DNA from: Trueperaceae bacterium
GTDB taxonomy: Bacteria; Deinococcota; Deinococci; Deinococcales; Trueperaceae
DNA: 64,000 bases
Direction of reading: 5' to 3'
NCBI GenBank assembly: GCA_040905465.1
Contig: JBBDRK010000072.1
Span: 17,851-81,850, forward strand
In this document: positions 18,769-28,967 of the stretch, piece by piece
How the letters are laid out: every line of letters begins with the position of its first letter
Numbering within the stretch: position 1 is the first letter of the stretch
Notes under the pieces: model-generated
What the model was told of the DNA's origin: nothing
Databases searched by the model: none
What the model saw: the letters and a program-made list of their open reading frames with translations, nothing else
Position numbers and translations under genes: made by a program

Positions 18769-19788
18769 TCAACTCCGCTGGCCGCAAATCGCGCGCCAGG
18801 CGGTGAGGAGCTCGCGTTCGCGCTCGGGATCGAGTCCCGCTTTGAGAGCGCCTCCTTCGCCGCCTGCCGGTTGGCCCGAGCCCACGCTCAGGTACCACTC
18901 CAGGGTGTCGCTGATCGTGTCTTCCATCGGTCGAATGTCCAGGCCGGTCGCGTGAGCGCGTGATCCGTCGATCCGCAAGAAGTTCGCCCTCTCGCCGGGG
19001 ATCCACAGCGGCTGGTCGACGAACGGCCTGACCTCGTGGTCGAGCAGGAACTCCTCGTCGACCCAGGTCAACCGGGCGTCGGAACCGGTAATCCGCCGTG
19101 ACGCTTCCAGCAGCCCGCCGAGGCTGAAGCGATCCACCTGGCTGACCGCGTTGAAAGTCCCTTGCTCACCACGCTCCAGCCCCCCGATCATCCAACTGGC
19201 CAGGTCACGAGCATCGATCCACTGGACGGGCAGCCCGGGGTGATTCGGTGCCAGCACCTCGCCGCCGCGACCGATCCGCACCGGCCAATAGGTGAAGCGG
19301 TCGGTCGGGTCGTCTGGCCCGACCACCAGGCCCGGCCTAACGACCAGCGGCGGGACCGGGAAGGACCCCACCAGCGCGCGCTCGCACAGGACCTTGAGGC
19401 CGCCGTAGGTTTCGCCGGTGATCTCCTCGACGTTCGGGTCTTCCAGCTCGACCAGCGGCGCCTCCTCATCCTGGTGAGGTGTCGTTTGGTCAGCGTAGAC
19501 GCTGATACTAGATACGAAGAGATAGGCGCCGACCCGCCCGGCCAGCGCTTCGGCGGACGCCCGCACCTGCTTCGGGAGGTAACCGCTGGTGTCGATCACG
19601 GCGTCGAACGTCTCGCCTGCCAGGCGTTCCAGGTCGCTGTTTCGGTCCCCCTGTACGTGCCTCAGGTCGCCTGCCGGGAGCGGCTGGTTGCCGCGGTTGA
19701 ACAGCGTTACCGAGTGGCCGCGCGCTACCGCTTCCAGCACGGCATGCTTGCCGACGAACCTGCTGCCGCCGATGAAGAGGAGTTCCAT
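18769..19788 (-). CDS. NAD-dependent epimerase/dehydratase (extended SDR)
   Basis: IGGSRFVG, TLFNRG, FVSSISVY, YGGLK and RPGLVVGP; ATG 19788. Confidence 0.88.
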   Translation of the reverse strand: MELLFIGGSRFVGKHAVLEAVARGHSVTLFNRGNQPLPAGDLRHVQGDRNSDLERLAGETFDAVIDTSGYLPKQVRASAEALAGRVGAYLFVSSISVYADQTTPHQDEEAPLVELEDPNVEEITGETYGGLKVLCERALVGSFPVPPLVVRPGLVVGPDDPTDRFTYWPVRIGRGGEVLAPNHPGLPVQWIDARDLASWMIGGLERGEQGTFNAVSQVDRFSLGGLLEASRRITGSDARLTWVDEEFLLDHEVRPFVDQPLWIPGERANFLRIDGSRAHATGLDIRPMEDTISDTLEWYLSVGSGQPAGGEGGALKAGLDPERERELLTAWRAICGQRS

Positions 19789-19897
19789 GCCGTCCAGTAT
19801 GAGGGAAGAGGGCGGCGAGCCGGAGCCGCGGCATGGAATTGCGCCAGGGCATCGAGGCGTAGAGCCACTACCCGGAGCCACGACCTGGACCGCCGTC

Positions 19898-19970
19898 CGA
19901 AACCTCCGCTCGAAACCGCCGCCCGAAACCTCCGCTCGAAGCCGCCGCCCGAAACCGCCGCCAGGTTTCG
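19898..19970. repeat. 5 x 13-bp tandem repeat (cgaaaccKccgcY) plus an inverted partial copy
   Basis: Units start at 19898, 19911, 19924, 19937 and 19950; aggtttcg (19963-19970) is the reverse complement of cgaaacct. Confidence 0.85.
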
Positions 19971-20023
19971 ACGCAAGGTACCCGAGAGCCGGAGCCGGCA
20001 CGCGCTGCGAGTACAATCGGTCA

Positions 20024-21325
20024 ATGAAGGGCAATCCGGGGGTGCAAACTGTCGTTCTGGTGGACGGTTGTCGTCTGCCGTTCCGCCGAGCCGGCGGCGA
20101 CTATGCGTCCCTTACCGGTTACGACATGGCGCGCAGCGTGCTGGCCGGAATGATGAACCGCCACTCCCTTCCGGGTGACGAGGTAGACGCCGTAGTAATG
20201 GGCTCGGTGGTCCAGAACCCGCAGACCAGCAACGTCGCGCGCGACGCCGCGCTCGCCGCCGGCCTGCCGCACGAGACCCCGGCTCACACCGTCACCATGG
20301 CCTGCATCTCCGCGAACCGGGCAATCGCCGACGCCGCTTCTGAACTCGCAGCCGGCCGGGCGGATCTGATCCTGGCCGGAGGCGTAGAGGCGCTTTCGGA
20401 CGTACCGGTCGGTCTCGGTAAGGGGGCGCGGCAGCGTCTGCTGGCTATGCGGCGGTCCAAGAGCGCGCGCGACTACCTGGGCCTGCTGCGTGGACTTCGC
20501 CCCGGCGACCTCCTGCCCAAGGCCCCGGCAATCGCCGAGTACAGCACCGGCGAGACGATGGGGCAGAGCGCGGACCGTTTGGCGGCGGCGTTCGGGGTCA
20601 CCCGCAAGGAACAGGACGACTACGCCTTGCGGTCCCACCGCGCCGCGGCCGAGGCGACGCGCGCCGGCAAGCTGGCCCCGGAGATGGTACCCACCGCCTT
20701 GCCGCCGGACTTCCAGCCACTCGACAGGGACGACACATTTCGTGACGACACCAGCGCGGAGAAGTTGGCGGCGTTGCCGCCTGCGTTCGTGAAGCCGCAC
20801 GGCACCGTAACCGCCGGCAACTCGAGCCCGCTCACCGACGGTGCGGCGGTCACGCTTCTCGCTTCCGGCAAGCGGGCAGAGGAGTTGGGATTGCCGGTGC
20901 GGGCGCTCATCCGTGACTGGCTGTTCGTAGCCCAGGATCCTGGCACCGAACTGCTTCTCGGCCCGGCGTTCGCGGTTCCGCGGCTGCTGGAGCGCAATGG
21001 TTTGTCGTGGAGCGACCTGGACGTGATCGAAATACACGAGGCGTTCGCCGGCCAGGTGCTGGCGGTCCTGGCGGCGCTCGGTTCCGACCGATTCGCGCGC
21101 GAACGGCTGGGCAGGTCGCAGAGGGTAGCCGACGTGGACCTGGAGCGGGTGAACCCGTGGGGCGGCTCGCTTTCGCTCGGTCATCCGTTCGGAGCCACCG
21201 GCGCCCGCCTGGTGACGACGGCAGCTAACAGGTTGGTGGCCGCAGACGGCCGGCTGGCTCTGGTGACGGCCTGCGCCGCCGGGGGCCTGGGCCACGCGAT
21301 GTTGCTGGAGCGCGTCGAGACGTGA
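20024..21325 (+). CDS. fadI: acetyl-CoA C-acyltransferase (thiolase, FadI-like), probably leaderless
   Basis: TMACIS, GNSSPLTDGAA, HEAFAGQV, GHPFGATG and CAAGG; TACAAT ends 6 nt before ATG 20024. Confidence 0.9.
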   Translation: MKGNPGVQTVVLVDGCRLPFRRAGGDYASLTGYDMARSVLAGMMNRHSLPGDEVDAVVMGSVVQNPQTSNVARDAALAAGLPHETPAHTVTMACISANRAIADAASELAAGRADLILAGGVEALSDVPVGLGKGARQRLLAMRRSKSARDYLGLLRGLRPGDLLPKAPAIAEYSTGETMGQSADRLAAAFGVTRKEQDDYALRSHRAAAEATRAGKLAPEMVPTALPPDFQPLDRDDTFRDDTSAEKLAALPPAFVKPHGTVTAGNSSPLTDGAAVTLLASGKRAEELGLPVRALIRDWLFVAQDPGTELLLGPAFAVPRLLERNGLSWSDLDVIEIHEAFAGQVLAVLAALGSDRFARERLGRSQRVADVDLERVNPWGGSLSLGHPFGATGARLVTTAANRLVAADGRLALVTACAAGGLGHAMLLERVET

Positions 21326-21353
21326 CCGGCGCGATCGATGGGCGTGTCGGCGA

Positions 21354-23465
21354 GTGACGAGCATCGAACTCGAACTTCATGACGGCATAGCCGTCCTCCG
21401 GTTCCGACGGGACGGCGAGGGACCGAACCTGCTCGACCGAGGTGCGCTCGACGCCCTCCCGCCGCTGCTCGAGCGGCTCGAGAGCGACCTGGAGATCGAA
21501 GGCGTAGTGGTGACCTCGAGAAATCCCGCCGGTTTCATGGCCGGTGCCGACATCGCCCTCTTCGACGGCCTGAAGAGCCGCGAGGAGGCGCTCGAACTCG
21601 TTCTCCACGCTCAGAGCCTGGTCGAGCGGCTGGCCCGGCTCCCCAAACCGGCGGTAGCCGCCATCCACGGTCCCTGCGCCGGCGGAGGCCTCGAGCTGGC
21701 GCTGGCCTGCGACTATCGCCTGGCGAGCATCCACGCGAGCACCAGCCTCTCGCTGCCCGAAGTCCGGCTGGGGCTGCTGCCGGCCCTGGGAGGGACCCAG
21801 CGTCTGCCGAGGCTGATCGGCCTGGCCCCAGCGCTCGAACTTCTGCTGACCGGCAGGTCGCTCTACGCCCGGCCGGCACGACGCTCAGGGCTGGTCGACG
21901 CCACCGTGCACCATGAGGGACTCGAAGAGGCGGCCATCCGGACCGCGCGCGAGCTGGCTAGCCGTAGCGCGGTCTCCCGAGAGGCGAGCGGAGACCGCCC
22001 CAAGCGCCACGTCTGGTCGCGGCTGCTGGAGAGCGCGCCGGGCCGTGAACTGGTCTACCGCCGCGCGGGGCAGGAGGCACGGAAGCAGGGCCGCGGAAAC
22101 TACCCGGCGCCGCCGCGGATCATCGAGACGGTCCGGCGCAGCTTCGGCGGTCCGCTCGGCGAGGGCCTGCGACTGGAGTCCGAAGCGTTCGTGGACCTGC
22201 TCTTCAGCGCCGAATCGCGCGCCCTGCGGCACCTGTTCTTCGTCAGGACGCGAACCCGCAGGCAGCCGTTCCGCGCGGAGGCTCGCCCAGTGAAGCGAAT
22301 CGCGGTCCTGGGTGCCGGCCTGATGGGCGCCGGAATCGCCCAGGTGAGCTCGCATCCCGGCGGCTATGCTGTCCTGCTCACGGACCGATCCTTGGAACTG
22401 GCGGCGCGAGGGAAAGCGGCCGCCCATGAAGGGCTGAGCGAGCGGCTGGGCAAGGGCCTGACCCGCTTCGAGATCGACTCGGCGGCGGAGCGAGTGGTGC
22501 CCGCTGCCGGTTACGAGCGCTTCGGCAGCGTGGACCTCACGATCGAGGCCGTTCTCGAAGACCTCGACCTGAAGCGCCGGGTGTTGAATGAGACCGAAGC
22601 GGTCGCCCGGGATGACCACGTTTTCGCCAGCAACACCTCCTCACTGCCGATCTCCCGACTGGCCGAGGGAGCGGCCAGGCCGGAGAACGTCGTGGGCATG
22701 CACTACTTCTCCCCGGTCCCCAAGATGCCGTTGCTCGAAGTCGTGCGCGGCACCGCTACTTCCGGCGAAGCGCTGGCGACGGCCGTAAGCGTCGGCTTGC
22801 GCCAGGGCAAGTCGGTGATAGTGGTAGGCGACTCGCCCGGCTTCTACGTCAACCGCATCCTCGCTCCATACTTGAACGAAGCGCTGTTGCTGGTGCGCGA
22901 GGGGGCGGCAATCGCCGAGGTGGATCGGGCTATGGAGGACGGCGGTTTTCCGGTCGGCCCGTTTCGCCTGCTGGACAATGTCGGGCTCGAGGTAGCCGCC
23001 AAGGTCACCGGCGTACTGGCGCCGCTGTTCGCCGAGCGCGGAGTGCGACTCGACGAGTTCGCCGGCCGCCTGGCGGAGTCCGGCATGACCGGACGGAAGG
23101 CGGGCGCCGGCTTCTACAGCTATCCCAAGTCGGGCCGGCGCCGACCGAACCAGGAGGCCTACCGGTTGCTGGGAGCGCGAGAGCGCAGGACCGTTCCCCC
23201 AGACGATATCCGGGCTCGACTGCTCCTGGCGCTGGTCAACGAGGCGCAGCACTGCCTGGACGAGAAGATCATCTCTTCGCGGGACGACGGAGACGCCGGG
23301 GCCGTGTTCGGCATCGGATTCCCGCCGTTTCTCGGCGGGCCGTTCCACTACATCGCTGTCGAGGGCGGCCGGCGCGTCCGCGAGCGGCTTGAAGCGCTAC
23401 AGGCAAGCCACGGCGAGCGGTTCAAGCCGGCGGACGGCTTGGTAACGCCGGCCGTCGAGGGGTAA
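21354..23465 (+). CDS. fadJ: fatty acid oxidation complex alpha subunit (enoyl-CoA hydratase + 3-hydroxyacyl-CoA dehydrogenase)
   Basis: AGADI, GGGLELALAC, LPEVRLGLLP, GAGLMG, SNTSSL, GMHYFSP and GIGFPPFLGGP. Confidence 0.92.
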   Translation: MTSIELELHDGIAVLRFRRDGEGPNLLDRGALDALPPLLERLESDLEIEGVVVTSRNPAGFMAGADIALFDGLKSREEALELVLHAQSLVERLARLPKPAVAAIHGPCAGGGLELALACDYRLASIHASTSLSLPEVRLGLLPALGGTQRLPRLIGLAPALELLLTGRSLYARPARRSGLVDATVHHEGLEEAAIRTARELASRSAVSREASGDRPKRHVWSRLLESAPGRELVYRRAGQEARKQGRGNYPAPPRIIETVRRSFGGPLGEGLRLESEAFVDLLFSAESRALRHLFFVRTRTRRQPFRAEARPVKRIAVLGAGLMGAGIAQVSSHPGGYAVLLTDRSLELAARGKAAAHEGLSERLGKGLTRFEIDSAAERVVPAAGYERFGSVDLTIEAVLEDLDLKRRVLNETEAVARDDHVFASNTSSLPISRLAEGAARPENVVGMHYFSPVPKMPLLEVVRGTATSGEALATAVSVGLRQGKSVIVVGDSPGFYVNRILAPYLNEALLLVREGAAIAEVDRAMEDGGFPVGPFRLLDNVGLEVAAKVTGVLAPLFAERGVRLDEFAGRLAESGMTGRKAGAGFYSYPKSGRRRPNQEAYRLLGARERRTVPPDDIRARLLLALVNEAQHCLDEKIISSRDDGDAGAVFGIGFPPFLGGPFHYIAVEGGRRVRERLEALQASHGERFKPADGLVTPAVEG

Positions 23466-23543
23466 GGCGGGGGTTTACCGCTAGGTGGGCCTGCAAAGCG
23501 CTTACTTGCGCAAAACCCAGACGATCCTGTGAACAGGTGCAAC

Positions 23544-23565
23544 AAAAAACGCGCCCACCGGCGCG
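23544..23565 (-). terminator. intrinsic terminator-like hairpin on the minus strand
   Basis: CGCGCC-GGTG-GGCGCG followed by TTTTTT. Confidence 0.65.
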
Positions 23566-23583
23566 CTTGCGTGCATTGTCTTC

Positions 23584-23612
23584 AAGATACCCCGGTATTC
23601 GCTATTCGTCAA
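23584..23612 (-). promoter_or_regulatory. sigma-A-like promoter with no annotated downstream gene
   Basis: TTGACG (23612-23607), 17-nt spacer, TATCTT (23589-23584); ATG at 23576 seven nt later. Confidence 0.6.
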
Positions 23613-23707
23613 GGGTTTGCGCTCGAGCCCGGTTCGCGACCAGGAAACCGGCATTTTTCGGACCGGAAAACGCCTTTTCCGACTCCCTACCAACGGCCTA
23701 GTCGATC

Positions 23708-24109
23708 CTACGAAGTCGTTCGCCCCACAAGCAAGGGCAGCAATATCAGCAGTGAATAGGCGATCCACAGAATCGGTTGGCTGAAGTGCTTCAACCCCTG
23801 GCCGACGAATCCGGCGACGACCACGACGTCGAACAGGAAGGCAGCGCTCGCGAACAGGAGGCCCAGGCGCAGACCTTGGCCGGCGCCGCCGCCCTCCAGG
23901 TGCAGGTAGCGCACCGCGAACAGGTAACCAAGGCCCACCCAGAAAACGAAAACGGGGAGCGCTACGGCCCAGTTGTTGGCCAGGTAAGGGAGGCTGCGGG
24001 CATTGCGCAGAGCCGGAACGTTTGCGGACAGGGCACCCCACACAAAACCGACGGCCAGGATGACGAGGGTGAAGGTGAGTGCCCGCGACGGATGTGAGAG
24101 CCCAAACAC
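23708..24109 (-). CDS. small 4-TM hypothetical membrane protein, probably leaderless
   Basis: Hydrophobic 133-aa ORF; TATAGT ends 6 nt before GTG 24109. Confidence 0.7.
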   Translation of the reverse strand: MFGLSHPSRALTFTLVILAVGFVWGALSANVPALRNARSLPYLANNWAVALPVFVFWVGLGYLFAVRYLHLEGGGAGQGLRLGLLFASAAFLFDVVVVAGFVGQGLKHFSQPILWIAYSLLILLPLLVGRTTS

Positions 24110-24409
24110 TCGCTGACTATATTATCTTTGTGCGATTCGGCGCGATATCCGTTGGCCCCGGGGCTGACAGCTACGCACCTGCCGAGCACGAGCAAGCGTA
24201 TTATCACCAGCATGGCAGCCAGTCCCAGACCGGCCACTTAAAGACTTACAGGCGATTCAGTACGAGCCAGCGCTGAGCTTGAGAATGAGACAACCATAGC
24301 GCTCTCGTGCGAGGCGCTTGCGCAAAGGCTACTGAGAGAATGGGACTAGACTTCGTGAGTCTTCATTGTGAGCATTGTCGGCGCGGTTTTCGTGGCACCC
24401 CCGGCTCGC

Positions 24410-24688
24410 TCAGCGCCGCTTGAAGAACTCGTGGAAGCGGTCGCTTCCGCTTTCCGGCGGTTCGTTGTGGTAGCGCATCGCCAGGGCCTTCTCCTCGAAC
24501 TTCTCGAAAAAGGCGTCCCAGCCGATTCGTTCCAGGCCTTCGTCGCCTTCGAAGCCGATGCGCAGGACCCCGGGCTCCTCGCCGGAGTGGCTCCCCGTTA
24601 CCGTCGCGGCGTACCCGTCTCGCTCCTCGGCCCAGCGGCGGATGGTGTCGTGATCGATGGTGACTCTGTGCTCTTCGGCGATGGTCAT
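24410..24688 (-). CDS. conserved small hypothetical protein (92 aa)
   Basis: TIDHDTIRRWAEER...GVLRI...WDAFFEKFEE pattern; GGGAGGA SD before ATG 24688. Confidence 0.78.
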   Translation of the reverse strand: MTIAEEHRVTIDHDTIRRWAEERDGYAATVTGSHSGEEPGVLRIGFEGDEGLERIGWDAFFEKFEEKALAMRYHNEPPESGSDRFHEFFKRR

Positions 24689-24879
24689 TGCCGTCCTCCC
24701 AACGCTCTCGGCGGCGACACCGGTCCGTGTGGTCGCGGGGTGGTCGCGGTCCGGTGGTCGCGCCATCAACCGCCAGCCTACGAACGCGGGCGGGTCGAGA
24801 AAGTGGGCTGTCGACTGTTGAACGTTCCTCGCTCGGGCGGGAGTCCCGCGCGGCGCGGCCTGATCGGCGCAGCGGGCCG

Positions 24880-25575
24880 TTACGCCGGTCTCTCCTCCGG
24901 AGCGAAGCGCTGCAGGCCAGCCGCGTGCGCGTACATCAGACCGTGGGCGATGGTCAGGAACGGCGCGACCCAGATGAAGCCGATTCCCAGCGTCAACAGC
25001 GAGACGATGGTCAGGACGGCGCTGACGAGCCAGAACAGCAGCAGCCGCCGGAAGTTGACGAAGAAGAGTTGCAACGACGCCCTCATCGCCGCGAACGGCG
25101 AGAGGTCGCGGTCGAGCATGTAGTAGCCGGCGAAGCCGAACATGGAACCCAGCACGATCAACACGATGACGACCAAGATCGTGGGCAACTGCCCGGCAAT
25201 CGACAGGAACAGGACCGGAAGGAGGGCGATCACGGCGAAGCCCGGATAGTGGCCGATGTACTCCAGCAGAATTCTGTCGCTTACGGGTCGCCCGGCCGCG
25301 CGCCGCAGGGCGACAGCCGTGACGGCGATGGTAACGGGAAGCACTATGAGCGAGCTGACGGTGAGCCAGACCAGGTCGGGGCCTGTGCCCGCACGGCCGT
25401 CAGGCGTCGTGTAGCTTTCGATCGCGGCCAGCCCGAGGTGGACGAGCACACCGAGCAGGCCAAGGACGAACACGGTGCGCTTGCTCCCCTTGATGAGCCC
25501 ACGGGCCTCGCGCAGCACGGTCGGCAGGTCGAAGCGGCCGTCGGGCGACGGGGCGGTGATGGATTCAGTGGTCAC
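24880..25575 (-). CDS. integral membrane protein of unknown function
   Basis: Multiple TM segments, SPFAAMRAS and TLGIGFIWVAP; AGGAG SD. Confidence 0.78.
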   Translation of the reverse strand: MTTESITAPSPDGRFDLPTVLREARGLIKGSKRTVFVLGLLGVLVHLGLAAIESYTTPDGRAGTGPDLVWLTVSSLIVLPVTIAVTAVALRRAAGRPVSDRILLEYIGHYPGFAVIALLPVLFLSIAGQLPTILVVIVLIVLGSMFGFAGYYMLDRDLSPFAAMRASLQLFFVNFRRLLLFWLVSAVLTIVSLLTLGIGFIWVAPFLTIAHGLMYAHAAGLQRFAPEERPA

Positions 25576-25663
25576 GATGTCTCCTGTTCGCAGTCGCTAA
25601 CTGCACCATAACCAGGCCGATAGCGTCGCGGTGTGGAGTTCTGCCGATCCGGGAGCCGCTTCA

Positions 25664-26875
25664 TTACTCTCCAAGGTGCCCGAGTTTCTCCCGCTTGGTC
25701 GACAGGTAACGCTCGTTATACGGATTCTCGCCCACGTTCAGCGGCACCCGCTCGGTGATGGCTATGCCGTAGCCGTCGAGCGCAGCCACTTTGCGGGGGT
25801 TGTTGGTCAGCAGGCGCAGTCGCCTTACCCCCAGGTCGTGCAGGATCTGAGCGCCGATGCCGTAGTCGCGCAGGTCGGCGGCGAAGCCGAGCCGCTCGTT
25901 CGCCTCGACCGTGTCGGCGCCGTCGTCCTGCAAACGGTAAGCGCGGATCTTGTTGAGAAGACCGATTCCGCGGCCCTCCTGGCGCAGGTACACCAGCACT
26001 CCCCGTCCTTCGTCGGCGATCGCCTTGAGAGCGGCGTCGCGCTGGAAGCCGCAGTCGCAGCGCAGGCTGTGCAGGGCGTCTCCCGTGAGGCACTCCGAAT
26101 GCATTCGCACCAGCACCGGCTCACCGTCGCCGACGTCGCCCAGACTGAGGGCGATGTGCTCACTACCGCTCAACTCGTCGCGGTAGCCATGGATGGTGAA
26201 CTCCGCCCAGGGGGTAGGCAGCCTCGCCGAGTCCACGCCACGGACGAAGGCATCGCGCTCGAGCCGGTAGGCGATCAGGTCGGCGATGGTTCCGACCTTC
26301 AGGTCGTGGCGTTGCGCGAAGTCGAGGATCTCCGGCAGCCGCATCATGCTTCCGTCGTCGTGCATGAGCTCGCTGAGGGCGGCCACCGGTTTGAAGCCGG
26401 CCAGGCGGCTGAGGTCGACCGCCGCCTCGGTATGTCCGGCCCTGCGCAGCACACCGCCGTCACGTGCCCGAAGCGGGAACACGTGACCCGGTCGGGCCAG
26501 GTCCGCGGAGGTGACACCGTCCTTGACGGTAGTGCGGATGGTGGTCGCCCGGTCCTTGGCCGAGATGCCGGTGTCGATTCCCTCGGTCGCCTCGATCGAA
26601 ACGGTGAAGGCGGTGCTGCGCTTGGCGGTGTTGTGCTGGACCATCGGCGGCAGATCGAGGTGGTCGGCCAGGTCATTGGTCATCGCCAGGCACACCACCC
26701 CACCGGTGTGGTGAATGGTGAAGGCGATCAGCTCCGGGGTAACGTTCTGCGCCGGGATGATGATGTCACCTTCGTTCTCGCGATCTTCGTCGTCGACCAC
26801 GATCACGGGCCGGCCGCGGCGAAGCTCTTCGACCAGGGTGGCGACGTCGGCGAGGCGGGGGTCTCTAGGGGACAT
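25664..26875 (-). CDS. ribBA: bifunctional DHBP synthase / GTP cyclohydrolase II
   Basis: [40 protein letters not shown] and QEGRGIGL. Confidence 0.96.
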   Translation of the reverse strand: MSPRDPRLADVATLVEELRRGRPVIVVDDEDRENEGDIIIPAQNVTPELIAFTIHHTGGVVCLAMTNDLADHLDLPPMVQHNTAKRSTAFTVSIEATEGIDTGISAKDRATTIRTTVKDGVTSADLARPGHVFPLRARDGGVLRRAGHTEAAVDLSRLAGFKPVAALSELMHDDGSMMRLPEILDFAQRHDLKVGTIADLIAYRLERDAFVRGVDSARLPTPWAEFTIHGYRDELSGSEHIALSLGDVGDGEPVLVRMHSECLTGDALHSLRCDCGFQRDAALKAIADEGRGVLVYLRQEGRGIGLLNKIRAYRLQDDGADTVEANERLGFAADLRDYGIGAQILHDLGVRRLRLLTNNPRKVAALDGYGIAITERVPLNVGENPYNERYLSTKREKLGHLGE

Positions 26876-27500
26876 TTTCGGGCTCCTTAACGAGCTGCAG
26901 TCGTTCGAGGTATTTCGCTATCAGGTCTGCTTCGAGGTTCACGGTGCTGCCGGGCGCGAGCTCGCCCAGGGTGGTGGCGCCCTGGGTGTGGGGGATCAGC
27001 CAGAGCGTGAATTCGGACGGAGCCAGCCGCGCATCGGTGCCGGCCGGCCCGCCGACGTCGACGACCGTCAGGCTCACGCCGTCGACCGTCACGCTACCCT
27101 TGGGAATCAGGTAGCCCGCCAGGCGCTGGGGGGCGCGCACGGTCAGCACGAACGCTCCCGGCTCGCGCCGCACCGTGAGCACCTCGCCGACACCTTCGAC
27201 GTGTCCGCTTACCACGTGGCCGCCGAAGCGGCCGTTGGCCGCCATGGCCCGCTCGAGGTTCACCCGTGCTCCGGCCTGCCAGCGCGGCGCGGTCTTGGCG
27301 ACCGTCTCTTGCGACAACTCCGCCGAGAAACCTGCGCCGTCGACCTCGGTGGCCGTGAGGCAACAGCCGGAAACGGCGATCGAGTCCCCCACGGTGAGGT
27401 CCTGGGTAACCAGGCGGGCGGCGACGCGGATACGCAGGTCGCCGTTGCCGCCGTGGGCCTCGACCACCGTTCCGACCTCTTCGATGATGCCGGTGAACAT
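26865..27500 (-). CDS. ribE: riboflavin synthase (alpha chain)
   Basis: [35 protein letters not shown] and [12 protein letters not shown]. Confidence 0.95.
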   Translation of the reverse strand: MFTGIIEEVGTVVEAHGGNGDLRIRVAARLVTQDLTVGDSIAVSGCCLTATEVDGAGFSAELSQETVAKTAPRWQAGARVNLERAMAANGRFGGHVVSGHVEGVGEVLTVRREPGAFVLTVRAPQRLAGYLIPKGSVTVDGVSLTVVDVGGPAGTDARLAPSEFTLWLIPHTQGATTLGELAPGSTVNLEADLIAKYLERLQLVKEPENVP

Positions 27501-28852
27501 CAGGTCGCCTCCGTGTCGTCAGCCGCGGCCGGTCGGACGGCCGGTCCGGCGGCCGGAGTACTCTTCGACTCCGACCCGGCGACTGTGCCCGCCGCTTCGC
27601 TCGTCTCCACGGTTTGCGAGGAAGTCTGCGACGACGACCTCAGCGAGGACGCTTGCGAGGACCTCTGCGAGGGCGACTGCGATGACGACTGCGATGACGT
27701 CTGCGAGGACGTCGACGAGGTCGGCTGGTAGCGAACGCCTCCTGTCACCAGGAGGTCACCGCCTATCAGTTCGGTACGCATGGCCTCGAGCTCGAGCGCG
27801 TCCGCCATCGCGTTCATCCCCAGACCGCCGAGAGGCGTCGCTCCGGAGCCGCCCAGGAGCTTCGGGCCGATGAACCAGGCCACCTGATCGACCGCTTCGG
27901 CTTCCAGGAACGACCACGCCAGCGTGCCCCCTCCTTCGAGGAGCAAGCTGCGTACACCGCGCTCCCTCAACGCCCGCAACGCCTCGGTCACCAGCGCCCG
28001 GCCCCGTTGGGCAGAGACAGTGATCACCTCGGCACCTGCCGCCCGTAGCGCCTCGAGGCGGCCGGCCGGGGCCTTGTCGGTGACGAACAGGACGACTCTA
28101 GGTGCCTCGCCCTTCCGGTCGGGTGCGAAGAGGCCGGCGTCGGGCGGCGTGCGGCCGACCGAGTCGAACACCACCTTCACGGGAGTGCGGCCGTCGTCGA
28201 CTCGGGCGGTGAGCAGCGGATCGTCGAGAAGTACCGTGTTGATACCGACGGCTACCGCATCCAGCCGCGAGCGCCAGCGCTGAACCAGCTCACGGGCCGC
28301 CTCGCCGGTGATCCACCGCGACTGGCCGCTTCGGGTGGCGATCTTGCCGTCGAGGGTCATGGCCGTCTTGTAGAGGACGAACGGCCGGCCGGATCGTTGC
28401 ATGCGCAGGTAGGCCGCATTGAGGGCGTCGGCTTCGTCCCGCAGGACTCCCTCTACAACCGTGATCCCGGCCTCCTGCAGGCGCCTGACCCCGCTTCCGG
28501 CCACGCGTGGGTCCGGGTCGAACCCGGCGATAACCACTCGTCTCACGCCGGCGCTGATGAGCGCCTCGGTGCAGGGCGGGGTGTTGCCGTGGTGGTTGCA
28601 GGGCTCGAGCGTCACGTAGACGGTCGCCCCACGCGCCAGTTCGCCGGCCGCCGCCAGCGCGCGCGTTTCGGCGTGGTCGTCGCCGGCTCGCTCGTGCCAG
28701 CCCTCGCCGACTATCCCGCTGCTCTCGCGCACCAGGACGCAGCCGACCATGGGGTTGGGCAGCGTGGTGGAGCGGCCCAACTCGGCCAGCTCCAGGGCGC
28801 GCGACATGAAGCGCTCGTGCTCGCCGACCGGCTCCCCGCCTCCGCCCGTCAT
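27500..28852 (-). CDS. ribD: bifunctional deaminase/reductase with Ser-rich C-terminal extension
   Basis: PNPMVG, HAE, TLEPCNH...PPC, TLDGKIA, GINTVLLDDP and LEGG; start ATG 28852 (TTG 28888 possible). Confidence 0.93.
   Translation of the reverse strand: MTGGGGEPVGEHERFMSRALELAELGRSTTLPNPMVGCVLVRESSGIVGEGWHERAGDDHAETRALAAAGELARGATVYVTLEPCNHHGNTPPCTEALISAGVRRVVIAGFDPDPRVAGSGVRRLQEAGITVVEGVLRDEADALNAAYLRMQRSGRPFVLYKTAMTLDGKIATRSGQSRWITGEAARELVQRWRSRLDAVAVGINTVLLDDPLLTARVDDGRTPVKVVFDSVGRTPPDAGLFAPDRKGEAPRVVLFVTDKAPAGRLEALRAAGAEVITVSAQRGRALVTEALRALRERGVRSLLLEGGGTLAWSFLEAEAVDQVAWFIGPKLLGGSGATPLGGLGMNAMADALELEAMRTELIGGDLLVTGGVRYQPTSSTSSQTSSQSSSQSPSQRSSQASSLRSSSQTSSQTVETSEAAGTVAGSESKSTPAAGPAVRPAAADDTEAT
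27615..27725. repeat. about 9 x 12-bp degenerate tandem repeat in the ribD 3' end
   Basis: Plus-strand units such as tgcgaggacctc, tgcgagggcgac, tgcgatgacgac, tgcgatgacgtc and tgcgaggacgtc encode SSQ repeats on the minus strand. Confidence 0.8.
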
Positions 28853-28967
28853 ACCCGGGCCGCCGGTTCGCCGGCCGGCATCTGGCAAAGCCGGACCGTT
28901 ATCGATTCAGTACCGTGCATCTCAATGCCGGATGCTGTAGCCATATCTGGCCACGCCTCGGCTCACC

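Noticed and set aside
19898-19962. Repeat array considered as CRISPR
   Set aside because: The 13-bp units are adjacent with no spacers, and no cas genes are present.
23962-24300. Hydrophobic minus-strand ORF 23962-24237 and plus-strand ORF 24079-24276
   Set aside because: No SD or well-placed -10 box, atypical codon use, and overlap with the better-supported gene starting at 24109.
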